Notes under the pieces: model-generated | The model's database searches: none | What the model was told of the DNA's origin: nothing | Seen by the model: only the letters and a program-made list of their open reading frames with translations | Program-made: the position numbers and the translations under genes | Shown here: piece by piece, positions 57,271 through 64,000 of the stretch | Numbering within the stretch: the first letter of the stretch is position 1 | Layout: each line of letters opens with the position of its first letter | Assembly (NCBI GenBank): GCA_000708835.1 | Contig: DF238763.1 | Location: 42,469 to 106,468 of the forward strand | Source of the DNA: Klebsormidium nitens | Lineage: Eukaryota; Plantae; Klebsormidiophyceae | Direction: 5' to 3' | DNA: 64,000 bases

Positions 57271-57344
57271 GTGTAGGAGTAGGATTTGAACCTACATACT
57301 CGGGATTATAAACCCGACGAGCTAACCAATTGCTCCATCCCGCG
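57271..57344 (-). pseudogene. degenerate copy of tRNA-fMet (anticodon changed to TAT)
   Basis: CGCGGGATGGAGCAATTGGTTAGCTCGTCGGGTTTATAATCCCGAGTATGTAGGTTCAAATCCTACTCCTACAC aligns with trnfM 4616-4689, including short flanks; acceptor and anticodon stems are broken. Confidence 0.8.
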
Positions 57345-57625
57345 ATTGATTTTTTTATAAAAAACAATTAAAGAAAACTGACTGAAATACACAAATTCAT
57401 AAAAATTCGAAGCTCCTAAGTTTTTGGTGATTGAAAATCTTTTTTATTGAGTGATTCTTCAAAATAAGAAAGAATAACAAAGAATAAATATTTAGCTTTT
57501 AAATAAAGAAAGAAATCATTTCTACTTTTTTTTTGCTTTTTTTAACAATGAATCGAAAGTGGGAAAAAAAGCAAAAAAAAAGTAGAAAAACGCTTCAAAA
57601 CTTTGTGATTTCCCTCTCTGTTCGC

Positions 57626-58909
57626 TCACACAATTGGTCTTTTTTTGGGGATACTGAATTCTTCCCTCACTGAGGTGTATTCCCGAAAGTGTGATTTTGT
57701 CGATGATTTACGGGTTTGTTCCAAATTTCTAATAATTTGCTTAGCATTGTTGCCATTTATTACTGATTCATGATAATGAGCAGTTGTTTGAATATCTTTA
57801 TGACCTATTATTTTTTGAACGCTTTCAATGGGCACCATGTTATCCAACATATCTTGAATATAACTATATCGAAAATTATGGCTCCGAACACGTGTATTGA
57901 AAATCGTTTGTGAAGCCTTTCTAAGGATAGAATTGACGTCAGTATTCAATTGTACACGGCTTAATGCTTTGTCCGCTTTTCTAACGTCTTGCTTCTTATC
58001 ATATGCAGTAAATAAATAATCATTTGGATCTTTTCCTTCCATTAAGGATTTGAAATCAAATTGGCGGCTCTTTAGTAGACTCAAACCTAGATCTGCTATG
58101 TGTACATAGTGAAAAGCAGGGCTATTCTTGCTTTGCAAGATCTTTCCTTTACAATGCTCTAATAAACTTTCAATATCGGATCCCCTCAGAACTAGAAGGC
58201 TTGAGATGCGTAAGCCAGTAATATAGAGCAAACATAAAGCAAGACGAATGCGGCAGCTTTTTTTATCCTTGCCCTTAACTATCGCTATTACCTTATTGTA
58301 ATCTTCTAAGCTTAATTTGTAGCTAGAAAGCTCTTTTTTGAAAGCGAGTTCGTTTTTGTATGTTCCGGCGCTCTCTTCTAGTATGTCGTTTACGCTTTCT
58401 AATTCATTCTGTAGCTTTGAATCTAGACTTTCATCATTTTGTTGATCATTATCTATAAGTGAAGGAAGTGAAGAAGGATCTTGCAATGATTTTTTTACAG
58501 TTAGGCTACTATTTGTACCAATAACTTCCTGTTCTCGTTTTACCTTTTCATTATTTGCAAACGTACTTTTTTCATAGCTTCCTCCGTCTTCTTTGGGATG
58601 ATAAAAATGTTCAATGTTCTTATAAAGGAAGAAAGAGAAAGAAGAAGATAAGACATTCTCGTGAGGGTGGAAGCTCTGGATCTGTCCGCTATATCTTTCT
58701 GTGCCCCAAGACACAATCATTTTTTCCATTGTTCGCTGAACTTCACACATCTTTCGATAAAGAAATACAAAGAACGTAAAAATCAATAAAAAGAACGTAA
58801 AAAACGAGTAGAAGAAAACAGAAGGAGAAAAAGTAGGTGAAAATGATGGAAAAAAAAAAAAAAGCGACCCATTTGAATTCCCTTTTGCTGATTTTGAGCC
58901 TGAAAACAA
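57626..58909 (-). CDS. tyrosine recombinase / phage-integrase family protein; true start uncertain
   Basis: RIRLALCLLYITGLRIS, RSHNFR, IIGHKDIQTTAHY; R, HxxR, H and Y catalytic residues intact. Confidence 0.9.
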   Translation of the reverse strand: MFSGSKSAKGNSNGSLFFFFPSFSPTFSPSVFFYSFFTFFLLIFTFFVFLYRKMCEVQRTMEKMIVSWGTERYSGQIQSFHPHENVLSSSFSFFLYKNIEHFYHPKEDGGSYEKSTFANNEKVKREQEVIGTNSSLTVKKSLQDPSSLPSLIDNDQQNDESLDSKLQNELESVNDILEESAGTYKNELAFKKELSSYKLSLEDYNKVIAIVKGKDKKSCRIRLALCLLYITGLRISSLLVLRGSDIESLLEHCKGKILQSKNSPAFHYVHIADLGLSLLKSRQFDFKSLMEGKDPNDYLFTAYDKKQDVRKADKALSRVQLNTDVNSILRKASQTIFNTRVRSHNFRYSYIQDMLDNMVPIESVQKIIGHKDIQTTAHYHESVINGNNAKQIIRNLEQTRKSSTKSHFREYTSVREEFSIPKKRPIV

Positions 58910-59351
58910 TAAAAACGAGACTGCTTTCTTTTAAAGCTATCTTCGGTTTTGTACGATTGAGTTCTATTTTTTTGAGAATTGCTGTTTGTGTTCATAAAAT
59001 GGTTTTTTTATATATAAGAGGATAGTAATAAATCAAACAAAAGCCATTCATATTCTCCCTAAAAGGGTGGGCGAAACAAATACTGTTGCCAGCTCTTTAA
59101 TAAATATGCGGTGTTACGGAGAAATGTTAGAGAAAGAAAATCAAAAAGCAGGTCGTTCGACTACAAAGTTTAGCTATTTTCCTTTTCATTAAGATGAAAG
59201 AAAATTTTTTTTCTTTTTTTACAGTTCGTTTTAGGGCAAAGAAGTGATATTTTATAAGAAATAATGACCCAAATAGCATTCAAATTGTGCACGATGGTGC
59301 AGGTTTTTATGGTGTAGCTGCGCATTTTTAATACAAAAGCTTCAGTGACAT

Positions 59352-60494
59352 TTAAGAGGCTTTTTCTTGTTTTTTTGATAGAACAAAACTATTTTGACAT
59401 TTTTTCAACCCGGAAGCGGGCTTCCGGGGTCTTTTATCTTTCGACCCTTTTGGGCGACCCCCGCGATTTTTAACATCGCTTGCATCAGAAAAAAAGTCTG
59501 GCAAACATTGTGATTGAGGCTGAAACTGAAAGCGATGTGTTTTGTTACAAAATTCTAACCTTTCTCTACGATCCATAAATCTTTGTAACAAAGTTCGCCA
59601 CCAAGGAGCTATATTTTCACTTTTTATAAATTTCCATGGGCAATTCTTTGTCGTGAATTGAACGCATCGGCAAAGCACTTCTACAAAAGAAGATACCCGC
59701 CTTTCTGAGCCATCTGTGTTTTTTAAAAAACTTGTCAAGATAGAGATCGCTATCTTATTCGTTTTTGTGCAGCGAGGATATATGCGAACCTCTACTCTGC
59801 TTTTTTTGTTTTTCGCAAGACACATCGGATTCGGATTTACCTTGTACTCTTTTTCTTTGTTATAAAATACAGCGATCTCGCTGCTCTTTTCCTCATCTCC
59901 AAAACATATAATATCTAGCGTCAACGCCTGCCCCTTAAATTCTTTAAAAATACGGCTGTTGCGCCCCACACAAAGTCTAACACGTTCACCATCTAACCAT
60001 CCATAACCATAGGGATGACGCCCAAAGCTGCTATATTGGCCAGTCTTTATGCTTTGGGAAACATAAGGCATTATGTTTTCTTTTAGGTCAATACAAAGAT
60101 GTATTCGAAACACTTTCCATAGCCCAAGCTCAAACCCTTTGAGAATATTTGGTAGAAAGCTCTCGTCTAATTGAAGGAGTTCCTGAAAGCTTCGTACACC
60201 TTCTTTCAACTTATAAACTGTATTGACTTGTACGGGAGCGCTTTTATCAGATTTCGTAGTAGCTTTTGTTTGTTTTACCCTTTGTTTAGTTTTTTTGAAA
60301 AGTATATTGTTGTTGTTGTTTAAACTTGTATATTTGAAATCGGAAGCCTCGCATTTTGCAAAATGGTTTGTCAACTTACTCTTTAATCCAGCATTTATTA
60401 ATGAAGTAAATAAAGAGTCATGATCGCTGCAAAGGTGTAAGCGTACAATAGGGCAATAATGAAGATCGCTAGATTTTAAATCGGCTATATTCAT
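59352..60494 (-). CDS. Rep_trans-like replication initiator (380 aa) with C-terminal AT-hook-like motif
   Basis: FRIHLCIDL, IICFGDEEKS, VFYNKEKE, SRVEVRIYP, RGGRPKGSKDK; paralog of 17415-18642. Confidence 0.62.
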   Translation of the reverse strand: MNIADLKSSDLHYCPIVRLHLCSDHDSLFTSLINAGLKSKLTNHFAKCEASDFKYTSLNNNNNILFKKTKQRVKQTKATTKSDKSAPVQVNTVYKLKEGVRSFQELLQLDESFLPNILKGFELGLWKVFRIHLCIDLKENIMPYVSQSIKTGQYSSFGRHPYGYGWLDGERVRLCVGRNSRIFKEFKGQALTLDIICFGDEEKSSEIAVFYNKEKEYKVNPNPMCLAKNKKSRVEVRIYPRCTKTNKIAISILTSFLKNTDGSERRVSSFVEVLCRCVQFTTKNCPWKFIKSENIAPWWRTLLQRFMDRRERLEFCNKTHRFQFQPQSQCLPDFFSDASDVKNRGGRPKGSKDKRPRKPASGLKKCQNSFVLSKKQEKAS

Positions 60495-61200
60495 AATTCA
60501 TAAGATAAAAATGGTTTGAAAAATGCCAAAATAGCAAAAATAATTTATAATTTTTCATCTCTTTTTGAAGACTACCCAGTGAACTTTTTTAAAAACATTG
60601 AAAACAAGCGATAATCAAATAAAAATTCAAAACTGAATAGAGCCAATCCTCCCTATTTTATTTCACTCCTGGGGGGGCGAAGGAAAGGGAGTTAGCTCCA
60701 TTCATTTTATTAGTGATTTTATTAGTATTTCATTTGTATTTGATCGCAAAAAGAACGTTCAAAAAAAAGTGGTTGTGTTTTATTATTGCTCAAAGAGACA
60801 ATTATTTTTTTAATAAAACGTATAAACGTAAAGCAGCTTCTGTAAAAAACAAAGTTTTGAAAAAAAGATCATTTCATATCTTCTTAAAATGGAACTCCTT
60901 GCTTTAGTCTGTTAAAAGAATAAAATCAGCGTTTTCTGGTCTAGCATACTTTTTTTTCTTTGAATTCTTTTTTTGGCGGGGGAGACTAGCAATCTTAGTG
61001 ATATTCATTTCATTTTTTTTAAGGGATTAAAAAACCGCACTTTTTGAAAGTGTGGGGCTAACTTGTATGGCAAAAAAAAAAAGAATTGATTTTAAATAAA
61101 AGCAAAAAGACTAAAAAAAGAGATGTGAGCCCTCGGCTGAAGTGTTTTCTTTTTCTTTTTCCCATTTGATAATTTTGAACCGTTGAAAATAGCTTTTAAT

Positions 61201-61236
61201 AAGCAGGCAGTGGGAGTCGAACCCATCTCTTCTCTT
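61201..61236 (-). pseudogene. 3'-half fragment of a tRNA-Gly-like gene
   Basis: AAGAGAAGAGATGGGTTCGACTCCCACTGCCTGCTT vs trnG(ucc) 3' half AAGCAGAAGATATGGGTTCGATTCCCGTTGCCCGCTT; no 5' half adjacent. Confidence 0.5.
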
Positions 61237-62197
61237 AAGACTTTTCTCATTCCATCGAACTGCATAAAGTTTTCACAATCTTTTTAAACCTTTAAAGGAG
61301 TCTTTTTATTTTTATGAAGTACAACTTGGACTGAATGATAGGAATAAGAAAATCTTTAAGAAGTAACCATTTATGCCCGCATTTTAGAAACAGGGCTTTA
61401 TATATATAAAGCTTTTAGCTGGGTTAAATCTGTTTTTAGCAAAGAATTTTTTTACCTTAAATATCTTTTTATATAGTATAAAAAGAGAGAACAAGAAAAA
61501 AAATATGTTGAATCCACCCATGAAACGAAGCTCTGCATTTAAAGCTTTGTCGTCTTTTTCCATATTCACAAAATTGCTTCTTTTTTTTAGCTATCTTCTT
61601 GCCCATTGAGGCGCCTGCCTCCACGTTCTATTTGTTTTTCTAGAACATTGAGCATTTTAGCTTCTCATAGCAATAAACTGAATAGGCTTAAAATACAAAG
61701 TTATTGGCTTTTTACTAAAAAAAATTCTTATCTGCTCTTTGTACAACACTATAAAAGTATTTTTATATTTATAAATTTACAAGGTAACATTCACCCGTTA
61801 TTGCGAGGTCTGAGATAAGAGACCCCGCATTGAACGGGAGGGAGTAGAATAATTGCAGTAGAGGAAGTGAAGCTCCCCGCTTTGGGCTCAAATGCTCCTC
61901 CAGTACAATTCCTTTCCCTTTTTAGAGTACAATCGAAGAAAAAAACAAGCAAAAAGATCTTATGGGGCAGCGGAGCTCTTATTTATAAAGAAACTCCCCC
62001 AGTCGCGCGGTGCAAATTGGTGCAAAGGTTTCGCGAGTTGAGGTGCAGCAAAATAGTTAGTCTTTTAAGAGTAAGAGCAGGATTCAAAAAGGAAAGTAAA
62101 CCTGCTTATAGAATTCAAAAAGCTACTTTTACTAAACTTTCCTTAAAAAATGGCTATGTTCTTTTTTTTTCATAAGCTATACTACTTTATACCTATT

Positions 62198-63853
62198 TTA
62201 CAACTCATGAAGAAGACACCATACCATGTAAAAGACAAAAATAAGTTGCGAACACCCTAGCAGTATGAAAAAAATAGCAATAGGTGTTAGAAAGTACTTT
62301 TTTATTGCATCACGATAGGATGCAAAACGTTCTAATAGAATTCGAAACGTTTTATTTTTAATGAATGGTTTTTCTAATAGCCATCGAATGAGCCCAGAAA
62401 GTATTCCTTGCACACTAAGCAAAAAGGTACCTATCAAGATCAGCAATACCCAGTAAGGGCCTAGATTTATAAAATCATAAATGAAATCGAGCGAGGTTTT
62501 GCCCTCTGGTAAGGTGAAAAGACCCTCTTTGATTAATTTGATTGGAAGATATGCCACGTCAGTAATCCATTGCTTAAACGAAGGTTCGGCTGCTATGCCA
62601 AGCCCTAGGTGCCATTGACTAAAACGAAAGCCTAGATTTAAAATATGAATCAAGCTTCGAATTCGAAGTAAGATCCCACACACACAAATAAAAAAACTAA
62701 AGTAATGGCAATCTATAGCAAAACTGGCTATAAAGTCAGGAAAAAAGTTCAAAAGTTGCAATATTTTAGGAATCATACTTCCTTCCTGATTTGGAAATAT
62801 TGAATCAAAAGTATAGCCAGAAATCAAACCACGATGTGTGGGGCTTAGATCACTAACTTTTTCACTATTATCTGGGGTTAGAAGATCCATCTCTTCTTCG
62901 GCGCTAAGAGATTCTTGTCTGGCAGTTTGAAGAGGCTCCACTTCTTGAGTGATTGGACTTTGAGCTGTATTACTGTTTGATCGGCTTCGCTGATTGTCTG
63001 TTGCGTCAGAGCTCGATCTTGATGACCTCCCCGACAAAACCTCAGTATGCAAGTTTTTTTCTTGAAGACACTCAAGCTTTGATTTAGCTTGCATCCTTTG
63101 ACAAAGTAAAGACGTTGTAAAAGCTAGAGTTGCTGTACCCATAATCACCCCCAATTTTACAGTCGGTGGAAGAGGAAGAGTTTGAATCGCCTTAGATACT
63201 GAAGTAATAATTACCGCTCCAGCAGTTAGAACTACTGGCGTAGATCCAGCAACGCCTTCAACAAAACCTTTTCCGGCCTCATACGCAGCCTGTGGAAGTT
63301 TTTTTGTATCTATTTCACCGGAAGCTGACCATTTGAACTGATCACTTCCTGAAGCCGGAGCAGCCGCAGCTTGGACAGCAGGAGCTTGAACAGCACCTGG
63401 GACAGCAGGAGCTTGAACAGCACCTGGGACAGCAGGAGCTTGAACAGTAGCCAACCCAACCTCAGAATGAATCTCGGACTGTGCAATGTCAGGGCGAGCT
63501 GCTACTACTTTTCCAAAGTCTTCTGCAGAAGAATTCGCTGGAGAATTAATAGATTCGGTACTTACACTGCTCTCTCTGGCCAAGAGGGCTTCAGTTGAAG
63601 CACCGCGATTCTCTTTTCCTAAAGGAAACTCTTCTGGAACAGATTGTAAATTCTTGTTTTCGCCGAGATCTTCAACGGGATTCATGCCCATCATTCCTGT
63701 AATAATACTAGAAGAACTATTGCCCTCAAAATAAATAAACAATAATCGACCTCCCACCAGAAAACAGAAGACTAAAGGTTTCAACAAAGCACATAAAGCT
63801 TTCATACCTTTCTCTAGTAAATTTGAAATGTTTTTTTGTTGTACATACATCAT
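62198..63853 (-). CDS. hypothetical multi-pass membrane protein (551 aa) with internal VQAPAVPGA repeats
   Basis: Uninterrupted 1656-nt ATG ORF in AT-rich surroundings; several long hydrophobic segments; 27-bp tandem repeat at about 63370-63450. Confidence 0.7.
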   Translation of the reverse strand: MMYVQQKNISNLLEKGMKALCALLKPLVFCFLVGGRLLFIYFEGNSSSSIITGMMGMNPVEDLGENKNLQSVPEEFPLGKENRGASTEALLARESSVSTESINSPANSSAEDFGKVVAARPDIAQSEIHSEVGLATVQAPAVPGAVQAPAVPGAVQAPAVQAAAAPASGSDQFKWSASGEIDTKKLPQAAYEAGKGFVEGVAGSTPVVLTAGAVIITSVSKAIQTLPLPPTVKLGVIMGTATLAFTTSLLCQRMQAKSKLECLQEKNLHTEVLSGRSSRSSSDATDNQRSRSNSNTAQSPITQEVEPLQTARQESLSAEEEMDLLTPDNSEKVSDLSPTHRGLISGYTFDSIFPNQEGSMIPKILQLLNFFPDFIASFAIDCHYFSFFICVCGILLRIRSLIHILNLGFRFSQWHLGLGIAAEPSFKQWITDVAYLPIKLIKEGLFTLPEGKTSLDFIYDFINLGPYWVLLILIGTFLLSVQGILSGLIRWLLEKPFIKNKTFRILLERFASYRDAIKKYFLTPIAIFFILLGCSQLIFVFYMVWCLLHEL

Positions 63854-64000
63854 CTCCTATGTTTTGTTTTTCTATATTTTGTAAAAAATATTTTGTAAAG
63901 GGTATTTTTTTATAAAAAAAGGTTTTCGTATAGCAATATTCACTAAAAAAGTTCAGCTTATTAGATAAAAACATAGTAAGTCAATCTTTTTTTATTGCGC

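Overview
This is a 64 kb segment of a large, repeat- and intron-rich mitochondrial genome, most likely from a streptophyte (charophyte-grade) green alga. That assignment is inferred from plant-type rns/rrn5/rnl, ccmB, ccmC, tatC, sdh3, sdh4, rps2, trnR(UCG), intronless nad4/nad5/atp9, the standard genetic code and no apparent need for RNA editing. Core genes: rns (one group I intron), rrn5, rnl, atp9, nad4, nad5, nad4L, sdh3, sdh4, rps2, ccmB, ccmC, tatC, 13 tRNAs, and cox1 split into 11 exons over 22.5 kb by 10 ORF-bearing introns (3 group II RT/maturase, 7 group I LAGLIDADG). Foreign or accessory DNA: (i) a decayed but complete convergent C5-methyltransferase plus Eco47II/Sau96I-like endonuclease cassette (1972-3439); (ii) two related islands pairing tyrosine recombinases with a Rep_trans-like rolling-circle initiator (14607-18642 and 57626-60494), one with a DDE-integrase/tyrosine-recombinase fusion and the other flanked by tRNA remnants; (iii) a 551-aa orphan membrane ORF. 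A modular family of short hairpin repeats, with tandem units of 27, 30 or 36 bp, has invaded spacers, rRNA variable regions and intron ORFs, often in frame. All protein family assignments come from reading motifs by eye; no database search was run.
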